From Chiloscyllium plagiosum (taxonomy: Eukaryota), in contig NC_057737.1 in the NCBI RefSeq assembly GCF_004010195.1, positions 39,868,556 through 39,932,555 on the forward strand: 64,000 nt of DNA, given 5' to 3'. Every line of letters starts with the position of its first letter. The first letter of the stretch is position 1. The notes below the pieces were generated by a model. The model ran no database searches. It saw nothing but the letters and a program-made list of their open reading frames with translations, and was not told the origin of the DNA. Positions 40,263 through 50,971 of this stretch are shown here, piece after piece. A program made the translations under genes and the position numbers.

Positions 40263-40785
40263 ATATCTTCTGTCTCGATATGAAGATTGCCTTTTGGCTC
40301 CTGCCGAAGGTTACCTTTCTCCCTAACTAGCTGGAGAATTAACAAATTTCTCATTGCAGGATTCCCTGCCCCCGACCTGCTCTCACCCTCACAATGTTGA
40401 TACGAGTGCTCCAAGTTTTGGTCAATGGTCATCTCCCAGGATGTAGGTGGGATGAGTTCAGGGGGTGGCAATGGCGTTGAATGTCATGGAGTAATGGGTA
40501 GATTCTTTCTACTCGGCGATGGTTATTGCCTGAGTAGTTGAATGGCGGGAATATTACATGCCACTTACCAGCCCAAGCCTGAAAACATATGGACATAGCC
40601 TGTTACAGGAAGCACGGGTGGTGATGAATCATATGTAATCGTTAATAAACAGCCCCACTTCTGACCTAACAAATATAAACGTTTACATACATTTACGATT
40701 TGGAGATGCTGGTGTTGGACTGGGGTGTACAAAGTTAAAAATCATACAACACCAGGTTATAGTCCAACAGGTTTAATTGGAAGCA

Positions 40786-40820
40786 CACTAGCTTTCGGAG
40801 CGACGCTCGTTCATCAGGTG
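40786..40820 (-). ncRNA. Minimal type I hammerhead ribozyme motif
   Basis: cac-CUGAUGA-ac-GAGC(guc)GCUC-c-GAA-AGCU-A-gug. Confidence 0.7.
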
Positions 40821-41150
40821 GTAGTGGAGGGCTCAATCCTAACACACAGAATTTATAGCAAAAATTTACAGTGTGATATAACTGAAATTATACATTGAAA
40901 AATTGATTGTCTGTTGAGCCTTTCATCTGTTAGAATACCATGACAGTTTCACTTTTTTCATGTGTAAATCACAAAACCTTTTTTTTAAAAAAGTTGCATT
41001 CTCAGGTTAGTTGTTAACAATGGTGATAACTAGACAATATGTGGAAGGTGTTAGCCCCCTGTGTTCTCTGTCTATGCCAGAGAATTGATTCTAATCATGT
41101 TCTTCGTGACCTGCAACTCATTATCAATGAGGATGAGCACCTCACCAAGA

Positions 41151-41378
41151 GAGTGGTGGCTGTGTGGAATGCTCTGCCCCAGAAGGCTGTGGAGGCCCAG
41201 TCTCTGGATTCATTTAAGAAAGAGTTGGATAGAGCTCTCAAAGATAGTGGAATCAAGGGTTATGGAGACAAGGCAGGAACAGGATACTGATTAGGAATGA
41301 TCAGCCATGATCATATTGAATGGTGGTGCAGGCTCGAAGGGCAGAATGGCCTACTCTTGCATCTGTTGTCCATTGTCT
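41151..41378 (+). mobile_element. CR1 3' end inserted in a Penelope ORF fragment
   Basis: RVVAVWNALPQKAVEA..FKKELD plus 3' UTR. Confidence 0.88.
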
Positions 41379-41550
41379 ATTCCCCACACCTCTAGTACTT
41401 GCTTTTAAACAACCACCAAACCTCAAACAGATTGTTTGGTCAATGTAACCATTGAAATTTGTTCTTCCCCAGATTAGTGGTTTTAACATTTTCTGTGCTC
41501 CTTCTATAATTAATCCACAGTATAGCGATCCACTTGTCCTATTTCACAAA

Positions 41551-41747
41551 AGAGTCATACAGCACAGATTCAGACCAGTCCATGCTGAACATAATCCTAA
41601 ACTAAACTAGTCCCACCTGCTTACTCCTGACCCATGTCCCTCCCTTTACTGTTCATGTACTTATCCAAGTGTCTTTTAAACATTGGAACTGTGCCCACAT
41701 CCACCACTTCTTCAGGAAGTTCATTCCACACATGAACCACCCTCAGC
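41551..41747 (-). mobile_element. CR1/HER1 3' end
   Basis: RVVHVWNELPEEVV. Confidence 0.85.
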
Positions 41748-41984
41748 ATAAAATACGCAATTGACAGGGTGCTGATTGATTCGAGAGTAACGTACACAGG
41801 GGCACGAGATACATATTTGGACATTTTTTGTCGGACTTTGCAGTAAGGAGCAACAGTTGGATAGTGATGGGCCAAATGGCCTAGTCTGGGCTATATTATT
41901 CCATGTTAAAGGAGATCCATTTATCAATGAATTGAAACTGTTTGCCACTGTCCACAATGTTTGTTTGTCTGACTACAACAATAG

Positions 41985-42892
41985 AACATGTTTAGAATAG
42001 CACCTTTAACATAGAATGTTCTCACCTGCTTCCCGAAATCGAACATTTCAAACTGAGTTACGCAAGGCGTTACGAGGATTGGTAACCAGAAACGTGATCA
42101 ACGAGGATTTAAAAGGAGAGTCTCCTAAGAAGGAAGGAAGGCAGCAAGGTTTGAGAGAGAACTCCAGAGTTTAAGGCCTTACCAACTGAGGGCACAGTTG
42201 CCAAAGATGGAGAGTGGAAAATTGAGGATGCTTAAGTGGCCAGAATTGGAGATATGCCAAAACTGTTGGAACGTTTTAGACTGGAGCAAGTTATAGAGAG
42301 AAGGATGGTTGAGGTCATAATGGGATTTGAAAACAAGAACAAACATTTAAATATCAAGGTACTGCAGAATGGAGCCAATGTAATCCAGACAGTGCACAAT
42401 AAGTACAAGTGCAAAACTTAGTGCAAGTTAGGATGCTGGCAGTAGAGTTTTGCATGGTGGCAGATAGGAAAGCATCCGAATAGCTGAGTCTAAAAGTAGC
42501 AAAGAGTAGATGAGACATTTTATAATGCCACTTAAGCTCACCAGGTGTCTCAATGTACTTTATAGTCACTGAAGACTTTTCAAATATTGTTACTGTTGTA
42601 ATGGAGGAAATGCATGGAGGACGTAAATAAAGTGAACTGGGGCAGGGTAAAGTTGATGATGTTACGAAGGTGAATGTGGGATACCTTGCCAATGGAGTGG
42701 ATCAGAGCTAGAAGTTCATCTCAGAACCAAACAGAATGGCAACGCTACTAACAGTCTGCTTCAGGCTTTGGCGTTGCCAGGAAATGGGATAGAGTCAGTA
42801 GACAGACAGCAAATTTAGTCTCAGGGACTGAAGGCAATGAGTATGTCCTTTCCAATATTTAGTTGGAGGAAATCTCTCCTCATTCAGCATAT
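41985..42892 (-). mobile_element. Old L2-like LINE 3' region with a DeuSINE-like piece (~42520-42620)
   Basis: Degenerate L2-like motifs (tatagcacctttaac tail, ccaatatttagttggagga). Confidence 0.6.
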
Positions 42893-43487
42893 CCTCTGGG
42901 TGGTGTGGAACAGTTCTAACCACAGAGTTGTGTGCTGTCTGTCTCAGTGGTGCCTGTATGACTGATGACCTACCTTTCCCTTTGTCTGGGGAACACCCTG
43001 CACCACTTATTGATTTTCACCCAGTCATTTGAGCTAATTGCAATATGATAAATCTTCCAGCCAAATACCAAAGCCATTTGCAAATTTTCCTTTAATCCCA
43101 GGGGAACTGACATTGTAGTTCCAACATTCCAAAGTCCACATCCACTAAACTTCCATGGAAAATCAGACAATTTGCAGCATCGTAGAGGTTGTGCCCCAAA
43201 TGCAGGCTTTGAGCTGCCTGATTATCATTGTGTAGGTGTGAAACTCTCGATAGCACCCTCATGGATGGGAATAAGTCTGAAATCTGCCACTATCTTATGG
43301 TGGTGTGAATATGCCTGAAGCGGTAAAGTTAGTGTTATTCCTTTTAACATTGGGAAACTGGATGTGGATATCACAGTAGTAAAGATACAACACACATTTA
43401 TTACAGCTGAGATTATGTCACATTCTTCACACATGTAAGTGACTGGGCTAACAATAAGGCATTTAGCTACAATAGAGAAGCATGCTT

Positions 43488-43867
43488 TACAGAAAATAAA
43501 AAGCATGAAAGCATGGGAAATGTTAAAGCATGAAGACCACTGGCGATTTGTTGCAAGGGGTCTGTGGTATGCAGGGTGGGGTAAGAACAGTGGAATGCTC
43601 TTACACCAATGAGCAGAGTAAGGTTGAGGCTGAAAGGTCACTATGACGAGATGAGATAACAACTAGTAAAGGTAGTCTCCCTGTTAAGTGTCATTATGAC
43701 AAGATTGGGACCATAAATATTTGGGACATGACATTAAATATCTAATTAATAGTTATTAGAGTCAGCTTGAGACAGGAGACTATTGTAATAGATGGAATAG
43801 CTAAATATCTAATCATGACAGGTTAGTCTGAAATGGAAGATCACTGTAGCAGAAGTGATAATAAATA
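43488..43867 (+). repeat. ERV 5' LTR, truncated (U3 part only)
   Basis: Aligns ungapped to 49657-50036 with about 18 mismatches in 380 nt (hand count), then homology stops. Confidence 0.92.
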
Positions 43868-44065
43868 GAAAGCCGGGTAGTGGATGATTAAAAGTAAAAT
43901 AGCAGGGAACGGTCATTGTGTTAAAGTGTTACTAGACTGTTGTCTGAAATGGAAGATCACTGTAGCAGAAGTGATAATAAATAGAAAGCCGGCAGATTGG
44001 TAGTGGATGATTAAAAGTAAAATAGCAGGGAACGGTCATTGTGTTAAAGTATTACTAGACTGTTG
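43826..44065 (+). repeat. Tandem duplication (~117/123 bp units) across the LTR-leader junction
   Basis: gtctgaaatggaagatcactgtagc...ttactagactgttg occurs twice. Confidence 0.9.
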
Positions 44066-44605
44066 AATATTTTGCACAAGGCCTGTAGGATAATTAAACT
44101 GTACTTTTGGAAATGAACAAAGGGTCTGTTTAAGTAAGGCTCTGGCTGAGAGAGAGAGCAGTTGTAGTTTGCAGAATGTTTTTTGTGTGTGTGTGTTTGT
44201 GAGAGAGAGATTTTATAGGTTAATCATTGTGATCTAGTTTGTATGCATAATTGTTTGTTGGTGGTTAAATGTTTGTGTTTTGTTTCCCTGGAGCTCGAGA
44301 TCCAGGGGTATTTTGATTTTATTTTGCACTGTAAGAATTTAAGATAGTTTTTTTGAGAAAGCGATTTTTCAAGAAACCGTTAGTGGTTGGTGCATTTTGA
44401 AGATGCAGTGTTAGATTGGTTTAGGCTGAACTAATGAGAATAGATTGTTTGTATTGACCAGCTGCAATTGGTAAGGGACAATTGCAAGTTATAAAGTTAG
44501 GGATTGCTTATACTGTTCACAAAGCCCTAACAGACTTGAATGGTATGAGGAAGTGATTTGTGAGAGCAAAGATAATATATTAGCTGGACTGAAATATATG
44601 TTAGG

Positions 44606-46598
44606 ATGGATAAAGGGACTGCAGTTGAGATACTGAGTAAGAAATTTCCAGTGGTAAGAAATGATATTGTAAAAATGTCTGAGAAATGGGAAAAAAGAAC
44701 TCAGGACTTATTGACTAAACGTCTAAAAGAAGGTACCTTTGATATACACATGTGCAATGAGATGGAAGGACTAATTAAGAACTATAGCCAAAAGATATAT
44801 CTAAAAATAGAAACCAAAAGAGGAATCAGGAGATGGAAATACTGAAACTTTTCAGGAAAGAGGGTGAGGAACTGAAGGTAGCTTGTCAGGCACCTGTGGT
44901 GACTAGAAAAGCTGCAAAAGAACAAGCTGAGCAGTTACGGGAAACAGAAAAGCAGGAATCAGCCCCCCCTCTGTACCTAGATGTGGAGGAGTTGAATAGA
45001 CCTTCTCCCTACTCGAATGAAGAGGCATTGAATCAGTGTCCAGTAATAAAGGCAACAGTAGAAATACAGGGACAGTTAGAATCGGATGTAAGTGCAGAAG
45101 TCAAAAATGAACTGAAGGGAAGAAGAGAAAGAGAGAAGAGGGACAGGTAGGAGCAAATAGAAACCATACAATAAGAGCAAGAAAAGCTGAAACATGAGAT
45201 TAGTGTGCTACGTGGGCTAAGGGAACAAAAAGCAATTGAGGAATACTCATGGTGAAATGAAAGGAGGGCTGAAGAGAAAAGCAGTGAAGGTGATCCAGAG
45301 GAAGCGGAAAGGGATGATGAGAGACAAGGAAAGAAAAAGGCCCCAGTACCTAAAGAATGGGAGGAACTAGAAATAGCATCGGACTCAGAGCCCGAGGGGG
45401 ATTTATTGAGAAGTAGTGTCGGTAAAGGGAAAAAGGGCCAACATGGAAGGATGCTACCACTCCTTATAAAAGAGGGGAGAAACTGACAATACATTCCTTG
45501 GGAAACTCAGGATCTGGAAGGGCTGAAGAATACACTGCCCAGTTTACATGAGGGAGCAGGAAAGTGGATCAAGGTTTTTGAAGATAAAACCACAGGGTGA
45601 TTGCTGGCTATGGGAGACTTGAAGGCACTGCTGGTGAGGTTGGTAGGGCTCCCGAAGTTAAAGGAAATAATGGTCCGAGCCCGTTTGAAAAATGCGGCAG
45701 ACAATCCAATGATTAATGGGGTCAGGCTTGATCAATTGAGACAAAACGTATGGCAGGCCTTAAGAGACTGTTATCCACCCAATATGGACCCCCAGGCTCT
45801 GAGAGGGGATCCACTCGGAGAAAGTGAAAACCCGGCTGCCTACTTGGAGAAATAGTTAAAGAAGTGGAGGCTGGAAACAGAGCAAGATATAGAGACTAAT
45901 CAGTTGCTGACCACAACATTGTGAAATTCTATCATTGAGGCAATGCCCTCCCAAGTCAGGTCAAGGCTGGAGGAGGTAGGGGATCTGACATCATCAATGA
46001 GCCACCAGGAATTTAGACATCATGTAGCTCATGCAGTTGAAAGGTTTTGAAAAGACAAAGAGAAACTGTCTGAACAGCAGGAGGAGGTGCAAAGGAAGCT
46101 GGTGCAAATGCAGCACGAAGAGCTTAAAAAGAAAGAAAAAGAGAAGACTAAAAAGGTGTTGCCAGTAAGAACCGACACAGTAATCAACACTGGCATGAAC
46201 CAAGTGCTGGCGCAAGGTGGGGGGGGGGTCCTATCAGGAAGCCAGACAGGGGCCAGAAAGTCCCATGCCAGCAATGGAGGTTTTTAGAGAAGCTTTCCCA
46301 CAGATGATGTATCGGGGCAGGGCAGATTTAAACCAACAGTCTAAACAGAACTGGGGTCCCCAAGGACAGGGACGTAGGAATGGGGGACTAAGGTACATGA
46401 TAAATAATCAGGTTCAAGGCAGACCAGCAATGATGTGCTGGGGATGCCATCAACCAGGCCACTTTAGGAGGAATTGCCCTTATTGGGCCGGGCCCTCTCT
46501 GTCCTACGGCGGGCCTAGTTGGCAGGAGTCCCCAGTGGCCACTTCCCAGACACCTACAGGCCCACGCAGGACCTGTTAACCCGTGTGGGATGTGTTAG
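44606..46598 (+). pseudogene. gag: ERV gag (multiple stops and frameshifts)
   Basis: Starts MDKGTAVEILSKKFP; late-domain-like SAPPLY/PSPY; capsid-like helical segments; zinc knuckle CWGCHQPGHFRRNC at 46436-46477; TAG at 46596 is in frame with the protease (read-through-type junction). Confidence 0.9.
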
Positions 46599-46601
46599 TG
46601 A

Positions 46602-46945
46602 TGCCCTGAGAACCTGGGTGGGAAGGGGCACTACCCTGTAGTAGCACGGGAGGCTGATCAGAAACCAGTAGCACAAGTTAATATAGAAGGGCAGCAGATA
46701 CCGGTGATGATAGATACTGGAGCTACATACACTTGTGTACAGCCTCTCACCTTCTCATGTTAAGTAAATTTGTTAAAACTGTAGGGTTCTCAGGGAAACC
46801 ACAGTTAACTCGATTTACAGCTCCAATAAGGTTAGAAATGGAAGGTAGGGAGATAGTTCTGCCAATATTAGTGTCTAAAGAGATGCCAATTAATTTGTTA
46901 GGTAGGGATGCTTTACTACAGTTAGAAGTAAGATTGGAGTGCGCA
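46602..46945 (+). pseudogene. pro: ERV aspartic protease (one frameshift)
   Basis: VMIDTGATYT (DTGA at 46713-46724), flap VGFSG, PINLLGRD. Confidence 0.93.
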
Positions 46946-47009
46946 CAGCAGGGCTTGGTTGTAGAAAAGGCCAATACACAATTAGTGATGCAAGAAGTTA
47001 GAGATGTTG

Positions 47010-47500
47010 ATGTTTATTGGATAGGGGGTATAGCAAGTGATATTCAAGACATTTGGGGGATGTGGGAAGCAGAAGTGTTGACGATGTTGACTAAAGCAAG
47101 ACCACCTAAGTCTGATCTGCACTGTACAGTGATATTTGATGAGTCTCAGGATGAGGTGTTAGAGAGGCAGTGGCAGCAGGAAGTCACCGCTCCACAACAT
47201 TTGAGAAGTGAAGCAATAGCATTAGGAGAGCAAGGAGTGATCCTGCAAATAGAGAGAAATGCGTTCCTGGAAAAGTGGGATAGAGTACCAGGCGCCACAC
47301 CACATGTAACCTTACCGGGAAATAAGGGATATCAATCTAAAGACTTAGGACCTATGGCCAGGCATGTAGAAGCAGTCAGGGAATGGCATATGCTCACAAC
47401 AGGTGTTTGGGAATCTGGGGATGGCAGCGATATTAAAATCCTGGCATGCTGCAACTTGACAGGGAATGCGAAGAAAGTCAAGGTAACACCCCAGCTGAGC
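47010..47500 (+). CDS. 2H phosphoesterase (CNPase/LigT-like) domain in the pro-pol polyprotein
   Basis: Two HxT motifs, DLHCTV (His codon 47120) and TPHVTL (His codon 47303), 61 aa apart, in the open frame 46733-47530. Confidence 0.8.
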
Positions 47501-47547
47501 ATGCCAGTGACAGTGAAGGAAGGTGATTAATTTGGTAATGAGCAATT

Positions 47548-47977
47548 GTGGATGTGCAGGTTGTTTGAAGATGCTGGAATGAGCCGAAGAGAGAGGGACC
47601 TTTTGTAGTGACTAAGGCATCACCTACCGCCATCCAAGTGGAAGGACGACACATATGGTACCACCTTAATCATTGTACTAAAGCTCTGGCACAAACTAAC
47701 TCTAACACTGAGGTAAGTGGAGCTGAGGCTGAGGAACTTGGACACAGGCAGGGCACACAAGAGGTGATTACCCCTCAGTAGGGTTCCAAACAAGGTACAG
47801 GTGAAGTTCTTGGGGATACTGATCATTCCAGAAATGATAGTGATAGAGATGTGGAGCATAGTTCTCCTGGCAGTGGGGATGGGGAAGACATGGGGGATGC
47901 CCTTGATATTCCGCTCTCTGATGCCAGGTCTGCATATTCAGACTTGGAGACCATTAACTTGGCAGACCTGGACTGGT
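47548..47977 (+). pseudogene. Integrase C-terminal (GPY/F) remnant plus acidic tail
   Basis: VDVQVV*RCWNEPKREGPFVVTKASPTAIQVEGRHIWYHLNHCTKA; no HHCC or DDE region upstream. Confidence 0.85.
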
Positions 47978-49448
47978 AATGCCAGGGTCACTCAGGCTGG
48001 GAGGCAAAGATGTATTAGAAGTGTAGACCTTGCTGCCCTAACATAGGTACGCGCATGTGACAATCACTGGTATCAATGGGGAAACTATATGGCCGTAATG
48101 ATGGTTAGACAGGATTGTTCCTTGTGTACTAAGGCAACCCCCTCATACTATGTTGTCCCTATGCCTTATAACTCAACCACCTGTACTCAATGGCGTTTGC
48201 AGCACTCTAGCCGACTTCTTAACCCAGATGATTCATCAACTTACAGGCAATACCACTACCGTTTTGGTGCCTCCTACTTCAGGCCTCTATGTTCTCTCAG
48301 CAGGATGACGTGGGCAGGCAGCAACTCCAATAATGGTGTAGTTATAGTACCCTGTGATCCACCAGTAAGACTAATTACACGTTCCCTGTGGCTGGTTTCA
48401 GGATACGGGAAGGGGTGAATTTTGAATGCTTTAAGCGAAATGGCTCCACACCAGTCGGCTATTTTAAGGGTCTTTGTGGGAATATGATTGAACTAGAGGT
48501 GGCCACCACATTTGGGGCTGTTTTAAATTCTCAACGCGTCCCACTGGCAAATACTTGGTGGCTGTGTAGTGAGAAAGGAGGGTTGCGCCCAACGCTGCCT
48601 GCTGACTGGAGTGGCAGCTGTGCCCATGTAATACTCCTACATGAGGTAGTTATATCGCCACACGCACAGCTTGATGCTATGTCACAGTCAGCTTTGTGCC
48701 GAACTAAGCAGCGATATGTCCCTGATCCAACGTTTCAGGTTGATAGCATAGGACAGCCAAGAATATCCCTAAAGAGATTAAGGCCCGCAATGAGATTGTC
48801 GCAGGCTGGGAGGCTCTCATCCCAGTGATAGGGGTTAGCAAGAATGCTGAATGGATTAATTACATTTATTACAATCAGCAAGGATTTATCAATTATAATG
48901 ACAATGCTTTTGTGGCCTTGGGAGAACAATTGGATTCTACTACCAAAATAACATGGCAAAACAAACAGGCCTTAGATTGGATACTGGCAGAAAAAGACAG
49001 GGTTTATGTGATGTTTGGGGAGCATTGCTGTACCTTTATACCTAACAACACTAGCCCTGGGGGATCTTTTACTAAAGCAATGGAAAAATTAAAGAATCTA
49101 AGATGGGAGCTAAAAGACAATGTGGGGTTTGGTCATCAGGCTTTTGATTGGTTGAATAATATATGAGGGTCTTGGGGAGCATGGTCTGTCAAGATTGGTC
49201 TTATTGTAGGTGCAGTTTTACTTGTTGTCGCCTTCATCTTTTGTTGTGCCTTACCTTTTATTAAGTCCTTTTTAGTTCATGTCACTACACGGCAACTTGT
49301 GGTCATTTCAGCTAACCCAGGAAGTGCTTACTCCTCTGACGGAACCCCACCGCTCTACAATTATGATCTGACAACTGCCACAGTGCAAGGTATATGTCCA
49401 TATGGGGACGTCAATGATACTTCTGAAGAACGTGAGGGTCCTAGATAG
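47849..49448 (+). pseudogene. env: ERV env (gamma-type, fish-ERV-like)
   Basis: Signal-like MWSIVLLAVGMG, CxxC (DCSLC), WWLC...LPADWSGSCA, degenerate furin site RTKQR, INYIYYNQQ, ISD WQNKQALDWILAEK, YVMFGEHCC, TM IGLIVGAVLLVVAFIFCC; contains stops and frameshifts. Confidence 0.92.
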
Positions 49449-49644
49449 TGAGGGATCTTCGGTCTTTTTTCCTGTTCTGGTTATTGGCCCAAGGGGCCCA
49501 AGGGACTCCAGGAACGGAGGAAGAACCTTTAAGTCTCAGACTCCGAAAATTATTTAGTCCGTGTTGGGACCGACATTGTTTGTATTGAGCACAAGAGGGG
49601 CTGAGCCAATTGTCTTCTTTCTCTAGGTAAGACCAGTAGGTCTC

Positions 49645-49656
49645 AAAAGGGGGGAA
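49645..49656 (+). promoter_or_regulatory. Polypurine tract
   Basis: aaaaggggggaa directly 5' of the 3' LTR. Confidence 0.9.
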
Positions 49657-50336
49657 TATGGAAAATCAAGGGCATGAAAGCATGGGAAATGTTAAAGTAT
49701 GAAGACCACTGGTGATTTGTTGCAAGGGGTCTGTGGTATGCAGGATGGGGTAAGAACAGTGGAATGCTCTTACACCAATGAGCAGAATAAGGTTGAGGCT
49801 GAAAGGTCACTATGGCAAGATGAGATAACAGTTAGTAAAGGTAGTCTCCCTGTTAAGTGTCATTATGACAAGATTGGGACCATAAATATTTGGGACATGA
49901 CATTAAATATCTAATTAATAGTTATTAGAGTCAGCTTGAGGCAGCAGACTATTGTAATAGATGGAGTAGCTAAATATCTAATCATGACAGGTTAGTCTGG
50001 AATGGAAGATCACTGTAGCAGAGGTGATAATAAATATCTAACCATAACATTAGAATAACATTAAGTAGAAAGTACAACTAAAGAGATAATGGGAACTAAC
50101 ATCACTGGATGTTTATTGTGTAGCTAGAGTGAGGTACTTTGATTAATATAGTTGGGCATGCTGATAAGCTAACAGAAACATGACTTAAAAAAAATCTAAA
50201 AAAAACCACAGACCCTGAGGTTCATGGGCATTCGAGAATCTGCTTTTTCAGTTGATTTTTTGTTTGAAAATAAAAGACCTACTGCTTGAAGAACTCTCTG
50301 CATCTCCTGCTGATTCTCTACATTTTCTCCACCACA
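49657..50336 (+). repeat. ERV 3' LTR (680 bp)
   Basis: Follows the PPT, ends ccaca, has AATAAA at 50269 and three taaatatctaa repeats in U3. Confidence 0.92.
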
Positions 50337-50684
50337 GCTTCCACTAATATACCATGCTTCAAGTGATCCAAGATAAGATGGAGTATGAGATCGTCATCTC
50401 AGGTCACTTGGTCTGATGCAGTGATGATATAGTGAGCACGCCCCTTAAAGGGACACACTGAGCAAGAGACACATCACAACAGGGGCAGTGTTGACCAGGC
50501 CTGCTCTTTTCAGGAAATAAGGATGGGTTGGTTTTGCTGTTTCCAATCAGCAGCTTTCCTGACTCCAAATTATTTAGCTTCCTTTCGTAACTCCTGTTTC
50601 TCGAGAGGCAAGACATTGTGAAGTAGGGTTTGCCACATGTCAACCGCTGGTATTTTTCTTGGAGAGCTTTGGCTTGTGAAGAAA

Positions 50685-50952
50685 GATTTATGACATCATA
50701 TATCATGACCTCTGGATGACCCAAGACCTTCAGCAAACAATGAAATACTCCTGCAGGGTGATGTGCAGCAGTCAATTGACACACAAGTTCCCACAAAACA
50801 AATCTGTTTCCGTGATGTTGCTAAAGGATAAATATTGCACTAGATGCTTCAGAGAATACCGTCGTTCCTCTATAAAATAATATCTCAGGACCTTTTGCAT
50901 CCACTTGAGAAGATAGGGTGGGGACTTTGTTTAATGTCTTGGCTGTCAGATT
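50685..50952 (-). mobile_element. DeuSINE (SacSINE1-like) relic
   Basis: ggataaatattg and ttttgcatccacttgag Deu-domain-like motifs; related pieces at 16530-16655, 54120-54256 and 55965-56110. Confidence 0.55.
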
Positions 50953-50971
50953 TCATACATATGATAACAGA

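Larger units (their letters stand above)
40696..41440. mobile_element. Penelope-like element: minus-strand 3' end joined to a plus-strand ORF fragment
   Basis: Minus-strand hammerhead at 40786-40820; plus strand NHVLRDLQLIINEDEHLTK / (I)FPTPLVLAFKQPPNLKQIV. Confidence 0.82.
43488..50336 (+). mobile_element. Defective endogenous retrovirus (fish ZFERV/epsilon-like): LTR-gag-pro-2H-(IN tail)-env-LTR
   Basis: Paired LTRs, GCTT target-site duplication (43484-43487 and 50337-50340), polypurine tract, CCHC knuckle, DTGA protease, env ISD and CX6CC remnant. Confidence 0.95.

Noticed and set aside
43868-43900. Primer-binding site
   Set aside because: No TGG-initiated tRNA-complementary 18-mer follows; U5 and the PBS appear deleted.
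47849-49448. Domesticated (syncytin-like) env gene
   Set aside because: In-frame stops (48044, 49164), frameshifts, a degenerate furin site and loss of the first CX6CC cysteine.
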